NCBI GenBank assembly: GCA_963817525.1
Contig: CAWFOU010000001.1
Coordinates: forward strand, 1,101,902-1,165,901
DNA length: 64,000 bases
Source: an uncultured archaeon
Lineage (GTDB): Archaea; Thermoproteota; Nitrososphaeria; Nitrososphaerales; Gagatemarchaeaceae
Direction of reading: 5' to 3'
A model generated the notes under the pieces. That model had not been told where the DNA came from. It was given only the letters and a program-made list of their open reading frames with translations, and did not search any database. The translations under genes were made by a program, and so were the position numbers. Positions 9,905-18,793 of this stretch are shown piece after piece; position 1 is the stretch's first letter; every line of letters starts with the position of its first letter.

Positions 9905-11126
9905 CTTTCCCGCCGCCCCCGGCGCCCGCCCTTCGTGCCTCCTCAGCGCCGACCGCGTCGCCCAGAAGCTTGACGGCCTTCTTGATCTGAGCCTCGGTGA
10001 TGACCAGCGGCGGGAGCATCCGGATGATCGTCCGGCCCGAGTACGTGAAGATCACGCCGCGCGCCATCGAGTCGTTGAGGACGTCGGGCATGTCCACCCG
10101 CATCTCGTAGGCGAGCATCAGGCCCATGCCCCTCGACTCCCTGGTGAGCTTGTGCTCGGCCCCCATCTTCTTGAGCAGGTCTAGGTAGAGCCTCCCCTTC
10201 CTCTTGGCCTGTCCGGGGAGGTCGTTCTTCACGATGTGGTTGAGCGTCGCGGTGCCCGCCGCACAGGCGAGCGGGTTCCCCCCGAAGGTGCTGGTCGCCT
10301 CGCCCTTCTTCAGCGAGTCGAGTATCTCCGCGCTGGTAACGGTGGCGCCTATCGGCACCCCGCCTCCGAGCCCCTTGGCCAACGTCATCACGTCGGGGAC
10401 TACGCCCCAGTTCTCCATCGCCCAGAGCTTGCCCGTCCGGCCTAGGCCGGTCTGGATCTCGTCCGCGATGAGCAGCACCCCCTTCTTGTCGCAGATCTCG
10501 CGCACACCCTTGAAGAAGCCTTCCGGCGGGAGCATTATCCCTCCCTCGCCCTGGATCGGCTCGAGTATCACGGCGCCGACGTCGGAGTCCACCTCCCTCT
10601 CCACGGCGGCGAGGTCGCCAAGCTCTACGTGCTTCACCCCCTCGAGGAGCGGCTCGAAGGGCTCCTTGTACTTCCTGCTCCACGTGGCCGAGAGCGCACC
10701 CGCCGTCTTGCCGTGGTACGCGCCCTTCATCGCGACTAGGCCCTTCTTCCCGGTCACCTTCCTGGCGAGCTTGAGCGCGACTTCGACGGCCTCCGCGCCG
10801 CTATTGGAGAGGAAGGCCGCGTCAAGCCCCTTTGGCGAGTAGTTGGTGAGCGTCTCGAGGAACTCTGCCCTCGCGTCGTTGTAGAGCGAGCCGTGGCATA
10901 TTATTAGCTTCCCGGCCTGCCGCTTTATCGCGGCGACCACCGCCGTGTTCGAGTGGCCGACGATGGCCACCCCGTATCCGCCCATGCTGTCGATGTACTC
11001 CTTCCCCTTGTCGTCCCACACCAGCGCCCCCTTCCCCCTGACTATGGCGATTGGGAACTTCTGGTAGGTGTGAGGGCCGTGGGCGTCCTCCGTCGCGATT
11101 ATGTCGAGCTTCTTCTTTGTTGCCAA
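9891..11126 (-). CDS. lysJ: [LysW]-aminoadipate/glutamate semialdehyde aminotransferase (ArgD/LysJ)
   Basis: NSGAEAVE, EPIQGEGG, DEIQTGLGRTG, AKGLGGG and TFGGNPLA motifs. Confidence 0.92.
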   Translation of the reverse strand: MATKKKLDIIATEDAHGPHTYQKFPIAIVRGKGALVWDDKGKEYIDSMGGYGVAIVGHSNTAVVAAIKRQAGKLIICHGSLYNDARAEFLETLTNYSPKGLDAAFLSNSGAEAVEVALKLARKVTGKKGLVAMKGAYHGKTAGALSATWSRKYKEPFEPLLEGVKHVELGDLAAVEREVDSDVGAVILEPIQGEGGIMLPPEGFFKGVREICDKKGVLLIADEIQTGLGRTGKLWAMENWGVVPDVMTLAKGLGGGVPIGATVTSAEILDSLKKGEATSTFGGNPLACAAGTATLNHIVKNDLPGQAKRKGRLYLDLLKKMGAEHKLTRESRGMGLMLAYEMRVDMPDVLNDSMARGVIFTYSGRTIIRMLPPLVITEAQIKKAVKLLGDAVGAEEARRAGAGGGGKDGQD

Positions 11127-11135
11127 TTTCGACCA

Positions 11136-11945
11136 CTATGCGTTTGACATGACCGTGCACCCGTTGTGCATGAGGGCGTTGGTCAGGGGCTCTGGACCGA
11201 ACCCCGAGGCGATTATCGCCTCCCCCACGCCGGCCTCGACGGCCTCGACGCCCGCGAGTATCTTCTTCTGCATCCCGAAGCCCGTCTTGGGCAGGAGCCC
11301 GCGCGCCTCCTCGGTGGTGAGCCTCTCGACGACCTTCCCGTCCATCAGGAAGCCCTTGACATCGGTGAGGAAGATGACCGAGTTGGCGTGGATCCCCATG
11401 GCCATGAACGCGGCCGCCCTGTCGGAGTCCACGTTGAGCGGCTCGGCCTCCTCCCCCATCGCGACTGGGGAGACTACCGGGACTACCCCCAGCTCCAGGA
11501 GCGCGTCAATCACGGGGCCGCCCGCCGACTGCATCTTGCCCGTGTAGCCCCCCTCTATGGCCACCTTCCTCCCTCGTTCGTCGACTATGAGCAGCTTCTT
11601 CTTCCGCGTGGCACGGAGGACCCCCCCGTCGAGCCCGGAGAGCGAGACCGCGGTTATCCCTCCACGCTCAAGGAGCTCCACGAGCTTCTTCGCGATCATG
11701 CCGCACATCACCATTGTGAATATCTCGACCGTCGCCCTGTCCGTGTACCTGCTCTTCATCCCGTCCGGGGAGACGACGAAGCGCTGCTCCTTGCCCAGCT
11801 TCGTGGCCACCTCGGTCACTACGTCCCCTCCCCCGTGGACGAGGATTACCTGGTTTGTCTGGACCAGCTTCTTCAGGTCGGCCATGAAGTCGGGCGGTAT
11901 CTCTCCCTTGACGATGTCGCCCCCCAGCTTCACTACTGTCCTCAT
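11136..11945 (-). CDS. lysZ: [LysW]-aminoadipate/glutamate kinase (ArgB/LysZ)
   Basis: VVKLGG, VHGGG, SRYTD, LNVDSDRAA and GMQKK motifs. Confidence 0.92.
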   Translation of the reverse strand: MRTVVKLGGDIVKGEIPPDFMADLKKLVQTNQVILVHGGGDVVTEVATKLGKEQRFVVSPDGMKSRYTDRATVEIFTMVMCGMIAKKLVELLERGGITAVSLSGLDGGVLRATRKKKLLIVDERGRKVAIEGGYTGKMQSAGGPVIDALLELGVVPVVSPVAMGEEAEPLNVDSDRAAAFMAMGIHANSVIFLTDVKGFLMDGKVVERLTTEEARGLLPKTGFGMQKKILAGVEAVEAGVGEAIIASGFGPEPLTNALMHNGCTVMSNA

Positions 11946-11949
11946 CGGC

Positions 11950-13011
11950 CTACACCGGGTGGAGCGGGGCCGCCGCTATCCCCTGCTTCTCATCCAGCCC
12001 TAGCATCAGGTTCATCACCTGGACCGCGTTCCCCGCAGCTCCTTTCAGGAGGTTGTCGATGGCCCCGAGCGCCACTATCCTGTGGCCCCTCTCGTCTATC
12101 TCGAAGCCCACGTCGCAGAAGTTCGACCCTATGACGACCTTGGGGTCGGGGAGGCGGTACGGCCCTCCCTTGTCCTTGACCATGCGGATGAAAGGCTGGC
12201 CGTTGTAGAGCGAGCGATACATCTTCCACACGGTCGAGTTCTGGACGTCGCCCTCGTAGAAGACGTGGCAGGTGGAGAGTATCCCCCGGACCATGTTGAT
12301 GGCGTGCGCTGACATCGAGACTGTCACCTTCGCCCCCGAGAGCCCGCTCATGACCTGCTCTATCTCCCCGCTGTGCCTGTGCCCCACCGGCTTGTAGGGC
12401 CTGACGACGCCGTACCTCTCCGAGAAGTGGGTCGCGAGCGAGGGCTTGCCTCCCGACCCCGACGAGGCTATCTTGGCGTCGACCACCACGTGGTCGATGT
12501 CGATCTTCACCTCCCGCTGCTTGAAGAGGGGTGCTAGCGCTAGGATCGAGGTGATGGCCATGCACCCTGGGGAGGACGTGAGGCTGGCCCCCTTGATCTC
12601 CTCTTTGTTGATCTCCGGGACGGCGTAGACGAACTTCTCCAGCATCTCTGGGGCCGGGTGCTTGAAGCCGTACCAGGTCTCATAGTCCGTGGGGTTCTTG
12701 AGGCGAAAGTCCGCGCTCAGGTCGACCACCTTCACCCCGGTCTTGATGAGGTCGGGAAGGAACTTCATCGCCTCCCCGTGCGGGAGTGCGGTGAAGATCA
12801 GGTCTGCCCCTCCCTGGACCTTAGAGAGGTCGTTGCCCACGAACTGCATGTCCGTGACGCCCCTCAGGTTCGGGTGGACCCGGAAGAGGTACTCGCCAGC
12901 GTATCTCCGGGAGCTCGCGAATGCGAGCTCGACCCCCCCGTGGCCTAGGAGGAGCCGGAGGAGCTCCCCGCCCGCGTATCCAGAGGCCCCCAGCACGCCT
13001 ACCCTGACCAC
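11950..13011 (-). CDS. lysY: [LysW]-aminoadipyl/glutamyl-phosphate reductase (ArgC/LysY)
   Basis: GASGYAGGEL, DLSADFRL, PGC and DNLLKGAAG motifs. Confidence 0.93.
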   Translation of the reverse strand: MVRVGVLGASGYAGGELLRLLLGHGGVELAFASSRRYAGEYLFRVHPNLRGVTDMQFVGNDLSKVQGGADLIFTALPHGEAMKFLPDLIKTGVKVVDLSADFRLKNPTDYETWYGFKHPAPEMLEKFVYAVPEINKEEIKGASLTSSPGCMAITSILALAPLFKQREVKIDIDHVVVDAKIASSGSGGKPSLATHFSERYGVVRPYKPVGHRHSGEIEQVMSGLSGAKVTVSMSAHAINMVRGILSTCHVFYEGDVQNSTVWKMYRSLYNGQPFIRMVKDKGGPYRLPDPKVVIGSNFCDVGFEIDERGHRIVALGAIDNLLKGAAGNAVQVMNLMLGLDEKQGIAAAPLHPV

Positions 13012-13868
13012 TAGTGCTTCGCCTCCCGTATCACATAGTCCACTATCTTTCTGGCGATCCTGTCCTCCGTGGACGCCTGCGCCCCCTTGAACTCGACGGT
13101 GTTGTTGACCTCGTGGATGGTGTAGCCGTGGTCCTTAGTCTCCATCGCGTCGACCCCCAGTATGCCCCCTCCGACCGCCTTCGCGGCCTTGAGGGTGATG
13201 TCCTCGATCTCCTTGTTCAGCTTGAACGCCGTCGTGGTCCCGCCCCTGGCCACGTTGGTCCGCCACTCCCCCTTGGGGGCGTTCCGATATACTGAGGCGA
13301 TGACCTCGTCCCCGGCCACGATCAGCCTGATGTCTCGTGGAGGCCTCTTGACGAACTCCTGGATGTAGTACATGTGCTCGACTGGGCTCTGCATGGACTC
13401 CCGGTACTCCACTATCGTCCCCAGGGTCTGGGGCTCCTTGGCGATGTCCACCATCCGCCCCCAGCTCCCCGTGAACGGCTTGATCACCACGGGGTAGCCC
13501 ACCTTCTCGGCGGTCTCGAAGACGGACTCGGCGTCTAGCGCGACGTAGGTCTTCGGGGTAGGGACTCCCGCCTTGGCCAACAGCATGGAAGTGACCAGCT
13601 TGTTGCCGCAAGCCTCCGAGACCTTCGTGGAGTTAATCACGTGGATCCCGAAGTTCTCGAGTATCCGGGCGAGGAATATTGACCGGTAGTAGCTTATGCA
13701 GCGCTGGAGCACTACGTCGCCGAAGCCGTTGTTGATCTTCTTGCCGGTGACGTTGAATGAGAGCTTTCTCACGTCGATGAGCTCAGACTTGCATCCGGCC
13801 TTCAAGGCCTCCTTCTGCAGCTCCTTCTCCTCGAGGCGCAGCCTGTCGAAGGTTATGGCGAGCTTCAA
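13011..13868 (-). CDS. argX: Glutamate-LysW ligase ArgX (LysX paralog)
   Basis: ATP-grasp KPFTGSWGR, WRTNVARG, EVNNTVEFKGA (Gly at the ArgX signature position); lies within the argGH operon. Confidence 0.85.
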   Translation of the reverse strand: MKLAITFDRLRLEEKELQKEALKAGCKSELIDVRKLSFNVTGKKINNGFGDVVLQRCISYYRSIFLARILENFGIHVINSTKVSEACGNKLVTSMLLAKAGVPTPKTYVALDAESVFETAEKVGYPVVIKPFTGSWGRMVDIAKEPQTLGTIVEYRESMQSPVEHMYYIQEFVKRPPRDIRLIVAGDEVIASVYRNAPKGEWRTNVARGGTTTAFKLNKEIEDITLKAAKAVGGGILGVDAMETKDHGYTIHEVNNTVEFKGAQASTEDRIARKIVDYVIREAKH

Positions 13869-13874
13869 TGGAAT

Positions 13875-14048
13875 CTACTCGCCCCAGTCTTCCTCGGCGA
13901 CCTCTGCAGGTTTGAGCTTGACGACGCCCTTGGATATCGACTCCACTTCGTAGTCTGATCCGCACTCCTTGCACTTCACTATCTCTCCTACTATTGCGTC
14001 GTCTGGGACGTTGATGTCCGCATCGCACTCTTCGCACTTTGTCTTCAG
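13875..14048 (-). CDS. lysW: Amino-group carrier protein LysW (copy 2, ArgW-like), CTG start; absent from the ORF track
   Basis: Manual translation LKTKCEECDADINVPDDAIVGEIVKCKECGSDYEVESISKGVVKLKPAEVAEEDWGE*; GAGGTGA lies 8 nt upstream of the CTG. Confidence 0.93.
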   Translation of the reverse strand: MKTKCEECDADINVPDDAIVGEIVKCKECGSDYEVESISKGVVKLKPAEVAEEDWGE

Positions 14049-15548
14049 CTAGCTTCTCACCTCTCGTTTCAGATAGGGGCGCACTTCGCCGCGGAGGCTG
14101 GTAGTTGATTCATTGAGCTTGTTCTCTTTCTCTTTGAGCCAATTGTGTAGTGTTTGTATGTCTTTCTTGTCCTGCACCATCTGTCGCGTCGTGAACTTTG
14201 GGTTCGCTCCGCCGGCGCTTCCGATAAGCGTCAGGGTTTTGAGTGCATCGAGAACCGCCCGGAGACGGGCCTTATCAATCTTTATCGCCCGGCCCGTGAT
14301 TTTCTTGGAGACACCTTCGAGAGACTGCTCGGCGGCCTGCTCGAGGCTCATGTCCTTCTCGAGCGCGACGCGCACGATCTCTCCCACTATCTGGTGCGCC
14401 TGGCGGAAGGGGACCCCGTGGGCGCGTACGAGCTCGTTGGCCAGCTCTGTCGCGGTGGACATGTCGCCCTTGAAGGCCTCCTTCAGCACGTCCGCTCTGA
14501 ACTTCGCGGTCGAGAGCATCCCCGCCATGTGGGAGACCGAGGACGTGGCGTCGTCGAGCGCGCGCCAAAGGTGCGGGGTCATCTCCTGGAGGTCGAGGTT
14601 GTAGGCGTTGGGCAGGCCCTTCGCGATGGTGAACGCCGCGGTCGCCTCGCCTATGACCGACCCTGACTTTGCGCGGATCGTCTCGGCGACGACCGGGTTC
14701 TTCTTCTGGGGCATTATGCTGCTCGTGGCTGAGTACTCGTCCCCGAGCTCGACGAAGCCGAACTCGGTCGAGCTCCACAGGATGAGCTCCTCAGCGATCT
14801 TGCTCAGGTCGACCATGAGGATCTCCAAGACCGCGAGGGTCTCCAGGAGGAAGCTCCGCGATGAGACAGCGAACATGGAGTTCTTGATGAGGCCGTCGAA
14901 CCCGAGAAGGGTCGCGACAGAGGCCCTGTCCACCTTTACCGAGGTCCCCACGAGGGCGGCGGCGCCCATGGGAGAGAGGTTCACGCGCCCGTAGAGCTGC
15001 TCGAGGCGCTCCGCGTCCTCGGAGAGGGCCTCGAAGTGCGACTGCATGTGGTGGGCGACCGTCGTCGGCTGGGCGCGCTGGAGGTGAGTGTACCCGGGGA
15101 GAGGCAGCTGGCCGTAGCGGGCCATTACCCGCACCAGCGAGGCCTGCAGGCCCTTCACCTCCCGCAGCATCCGGAGCACGCCGTCGCGGGTCTCCATGCG
15201 GAGTGCGGTCGCGACCTGGTCGTTCCTGCTCTTCCCCAGGTTGAGGTAGCCCGCGGCCTCCATCCCGATCGAGGCTATGGCCTCCTGCTCGAGCCAGTGG
15301 TGGACGTCCTCCGTCGAGGGGTCGACCTTCATGCGGCCAGGGAGGCGGTCGAGGAAGAGCAGGCAGGCGGCGCCCTCCTCCTTCCCCACCTCACCCGAGC
15401 GGACGAGGGAGAGCATGTGAGCCTTGTTGATCTCCACGACGTGCCGGCTCAGCGGGCCATCGAAGCCGACCGAGGAGGTGAAGGCGTTGGCCTTCTTGCT
15501 AGACCGCTTTACCCTGCTTCCTCTCAGTATGTTGCTCACGCTTTGCAC
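14049..15548 (-). CDS. argH: Argininosuccinate lyase
   Basis: GKSRNDQVAT, PGYTHLQRAQP and SSIMPQKKNP motifs. Confidence 0.95.
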   Translation of the reverse strand: MQSVSNILRGSRVKRSSKKANAFTSSVGFDGPLSRHVVEINKAHMLSLVRSGEVGKEEGAACLLFLDRLPGRMKVDPSTEDVHHWLEQEAIASIGMEAAGYLNLGKSRNDQVATALRMETRDGVLRMLREVKGLQASLVRVMARYGQLPLPGYTHLQRAQPTTVAHHMQSHFEALSEDAERLEQLYGRVNLSPMGAAALVGTSVKVDRASVATLLGFDGLIKNSMFAVSSRSFLLETLAVLEILMVDLSKIAEELILWSSTEFGFVELGDEYSATSSIMPQKKNPVVAETIRAKSGSVIGEATAAFTIAKGLPNAYNLDLQEMTPHLWRALDDATSSVSHMAGMLSTAKFRADVLKEAFKGDMSTATELANELVRAHGVPFRQAHQIVGEIVRVALEKDMSLEQAAEQSLEGVSKKITGRAIKIDKARLRAVLDALKTLTLIGSAGGANPKFTTRQMVQDKKDIQTLHNWLKEKENKLNESTTSLRGEVRPYLKREVRS

Positions 15549-16752
15549 TCCCCTTGCCGCCCTTCGATGAGATCGCGTTGGCCGCTGTGCGAGATTGAAG
15601 GCCCCAGAGCTCGATGAACCCCACCGCGGAGTTCTGGTCGAAGGTCGACCCGCTCGAGTAGGTCGAGAGCTTCAGCCGGTAGAGGGAGTTCGGCGACGAC
15701 CTTCCCACCACCCTCATCCCGCCCTTGTGGAACTTGAGCCTCACCTTTCCCGAGACCCTCCCCTGGGTGGTCTCGATGAAGCTGTCGAGGTCGAACCTGA
15801 GGGGCTCCATCCAGAGCCCTGAGTAGACGAGCCACGACCACTCACGCTCTACCGAGGCCTTGAACGCGAGCTCGTTCCTCGTTAGCACCAGCTGCTCGAG
15901 GTCCCTGTGTGCCTCGATTATGGCCAGGGCGCCAGGGCACTCGTATACCTCGCGCGACTTTATCCCGACGAGGCGGTCCTCTATGTGGTCGACGATCCCG
16001 AAGGCGTGCTTCCCGGCGAACTCGTTGACCTGGCGTATCAGCTCGATGCCGTCCAGCTTGCGCCCCCCCAGCGAGACGGGGACCCCTCCTTCGAAGCCTA
16101 CCTCCAGGTAGCCGGGCGAGTCCGGCGACTCGTCGACCGGGGCGACCCACTCGAAGGCCTCGGCGGGAGGCTCGGAGTCGGGGTCCTCGAGAGGCCCGCT
16201 CTCGATGGACCTCCCCCAGAGGTTCTGGTCGGTGCTGAAGACCGACTTTTTCGGCTTGATGTTTATCCCGTGCTCCTTGGCGTACTCCATCTCCTTGTCC
16301 CGGCTCATGTTCCATTCCCGGACGGGCGCGATCACCTTGATGTCCGGGTTGAGGGAGCGCACAGTGACGTCCATCCTCACCTGGTCGTTCCCCTTCCCGG
16401 TGCACCCGTGGGCGACAGCGTACGCGCCCTCCCTCTCGGCCACCTCGACGAGCATCGTCGCTATGAGCGGCCGCCCGAGAGCGGTCGCTAGCGGGTACTT
16501 CCCCTGATACATCCCGTTGGCCTTTACCGAGGGGTAGACGTAGTCCGTCACGAACTCCTCCCTCGCGTCCATCTGGAAGTGCTTGATGGCGCCGGTGGAG
16601 TACGCCCTCTCCGCTATCTCCCGGAAGTCCTCGCGCTGGCCAAGGTTGAGCGTGAGCGTGATCACGTCGGCGTCGAACTTCTCCTGTAGCCACTTTATCG
16701 AGACGGAGGTGTCCAGCCCGCCCGAATAGGCCAACACTATCTTCTGCTTCAA
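15499..16752 (-). CDS. argG: Argininosuccinate synthase (TTG start at 16752)
   Basis: VLAYSGGLDTS, HGCTGKGNDQVR and GIKSREVYECP motifs. Confidence 0.96.
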   Translation of the reverse strand: MKQKIVLAYSGGLDTSVSIKWLQEKFDADVITLTLNLGQREDFREIAERAYSTGAIKHFQMDAREEFVTDYVYPSVKANGMYQGKYPLATALGRPLIATMLVEVAEREGAYAVAHGCTGKGNDQVRMDVTVRSLNPDIKVIAPVREWNMSRDKEMEYAKEHGINIKPKKSVFSTDQNLWGRSIESGPLEDPDSEPPAEAFEWVAPVDESPDSPGYLEVGFEGGVPVSLGGRKLDGIELIRQVNEFAGKHAFGIVDHIEDRLVGIKSREVYECPGALAIIEAHRDLEQLVLTRNELAFKASVEREWSWLVYSGLWMEPLRFDLDSFIETTQGRVSGKVRLKFHKGGMRVVGRSSPNSLYRLKLSTYSSGSTFDQNSAVGFIELWGLQSRTAANAISSKGGKGSAKREQHTERKQGKAV

Positions 16753-16792
16753 TCGCGATTTTCCGACCCGACCTGAAATCCTTTTATAGATT

Positions 16793-17521
16793 TTGGCCAG
16801 CAACGTCCCAAAACAGGAGGCTTTTGACACGAAATCGGTCAACCCGGGTGCTATAATCGACGCGGTGAGGGAGGAGATCAGCTACGACCTCTCCATACAG
16901 GACGCCCTCGCCAGGGACTACGCTAACATCAGCGCCATCTCAAGGATGCTCCGGCCCAGGATCAAGGAAAGGCTGGGGAGGGACGTCAACTCGGAGAGCA
17001 TAATCACCTCCCTCAAGAGGCTCAAGGGGTCCTACTCTCCGGCCTCGGGCGAGATCAGGTCGATAATCGCCGAGAGCGTGGTGAACGTTAGGACGAACGT
17101 CTCCAAGATCTCTGTGGAGAAGACGAGGAAGACCCTCGAGGCTGTCAGCTCCCTCATAGCGAGCCACCAGCAGGACTTCCTCCACGTCTCGGAGAGCATA
17201 TCCAACATCACGCTCATCTTCGACCAGAAGCTGCACAAGAAGGTCCGGAGCAAGCTCGGCGACGCCGCTATCCTCGAGGAAGGGGACGACTACGCCGCGA
17301 TAATCGTCCAGAGCCCCGTCGAGATAACGAACACGCCAGGATGCCTCATCAACTTCTACAACCAGATCGCGCGGAGGCACGTCAACATAGAGGACACCGT
17401 GAGCTGCCACACCGACACAATCATAGTAGTGAAGATGAAGGAGGTCGGCAAGGCGTTCACCTCCCTGACCGACCTCATCTCCGAGGAGAGGAAGAGGATA
17501 GAGACTAGCGGGCGAGCGTGA
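16793..17521 (+). CDS. ACT-domain protein, putative amino-acid-responsive regulator
   Basis: N-terminal helical region (DALARDYANISAISRML) plus two ACT-like repeats; divergent from argG and upstream of carAB. Confidence 0.7.
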   Translation: MASNVPKQEAFDTKSVNPGAIIDAVREEISYDLSIQDALARDYANISAISRMLRPRIKERLGRDVNSESIITSLKRLKGSYSPASGEIRSIIAESVVNVRTNVSKISVEKTRKTLEAVSSLIASHQQDFLHVSESISNITLIFDQKLHKKVRSKLGDAAILEEGDDYAAIIVQSPVEITNTPGCLINFYNQIARRHVNIEDTVSCHTDTIIVVKMKEVGKAFTSLTDLISEERKRIETSGRA

Positions 17522-17614
17522 CTTTGGTATTCGGCCACGATTTCGCCGCGATGCTCTGAATCTGGTCAAAGAGTTTAAAAAAGGAACGGGCGGAACTTTT
17601 CTTCTTTAAGAGAC

Positions 17615-18793
17615 GTGATGGAAAAGCCCGAGGGCAGCAGGCCCGCAGTTCTGCTTCTGGAGGACGGGACCCTTATCCTCGGGAAGGGCTTCGGGGCCGA
17701 GGCCACCGTGGTCGGGGAGCTCGTCTTCAACACCGGGATGGTGGGCTATCCCGAGTCCATGACCGACCCATCGTACGCCGGCCAGATCCTTTGCTTCACC
17801 TACCCCCTGATTGGGAACTACGGCGTCCCCTCGGCCCAGGAGAGGGACGTCTTCGGGCTGCCCAGGTACTTCGAGTCGGGCGGCATCAAGGTCACGGGCC
17901 TGGTGGTCCAGGAGCAGTGCGAAAGGCCCAGCCACTGGGCGTCGGTCCAGACCCTCTCGAGATGGATGGCAGACCAGGGCGTCCCAGGGATAGAGGGGGT
18001 CGACACGCGCGCCCTGGTCTCGACGATAAGGGAGCGGGGCGTGATGATGTGCGCCCTGGCGAACGGTCCGGACGTGGCGAACAGGCGGGAGCTGAGGAGG
18101 CTCCTGGAAAAGTCGGCCAGGTACGACTCAGTCGACTATGTGAAGCGGGTGTCGGTGAAGAGCGCCGAGACTTACGGCGTCTCGGACAAGAGGGTCGTGG
18201 TCATCGACTGCGGCGCGAAGGAGAGCATCATCAGGAACATGCTGGGAAGGGGGTACGCGGTCGTGAGGATGCCCTTCGACTCGTCGTACGCCGACGTGAT
18301 GAAGCACGACCCGTCTGGTGTGATCGTCAGCAACGGCCCGGGCGACCCGCGGCTCTGCGTCGAGACGGTCAAGACAACGGCGAGGCTCGTCGACTCTGAG
18401 GTGCCAGTCCTCGGGATATGCCTCGGAGAGCAGGTCCTCGGGATGTCCCAGGGGGCGGAGACTTACAAACTGAAGTACGGCCACAGGGGCCAGAACAAGC
18501 CTGTCGTCGACCTCGTCTCCGGGAGGGGGTACGTCACGAGCCAGAACCACGGCTACGCGGTCGACCCCGAGACCCTCCCCAAGACGGAGCTGAGCCCCTG
18601 GTTCGTCAACGCGGACGACAAGAGCGTGGAGGGCCTCCTCCACGCGACCAAGCCGTGCGTCGCAGTCCAGTTCCACCCCGAGGCGGCGCCGGGCCCGTAC
18701 GACACCGAGTTCGTCTTCGACAGCTTCGCGGGGATGATGCTGTCCCAGAAGAAGAGCGTGGTAGGTGAGAGAGTTCGAAACATGAAAGCGTGA
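17615..18793 (+). CDS. carA: Carbamoyl-phosphate synthase small subunit
   Basis: GELVFNTGMVGY, SNGPGDP, GICLG and QFHPEA motifs. Confidence 0.97.
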   Translation: MMEKPEGSRPAVLLLEDGTLILGKGFGAEATVVGELVFNTGMVGYPESMTDPSYAGQILCFTYPLIGNYGVPSAQERDVFGLPRYFESGGIKVTGLVVQEQCERPSHWASVQTLSRWMADQGVPGIEGVDTRALVSTIRERGVMMCALANGPDVANRRELRRLLEKSARYDSVDYVKRVSVKSAETYGVSDKRVVVIDCGAKESIIRNMLGRGYAVVRMPFDSSYADVMKHDPSGVIVSNGPGDPRLCVETVKTTARLVDSEVPVLGICLGEQVLGMSQGAETYKLKYGHRGQNKPVVDLVSGRGYVTSQNHGYAVDPETLPKTELSPWFVNADDKSVEGLLHATKPCVAVQFHPEAAPGPYDTEFVFDSFAGMMLSQKKSVVGERVRNMKA

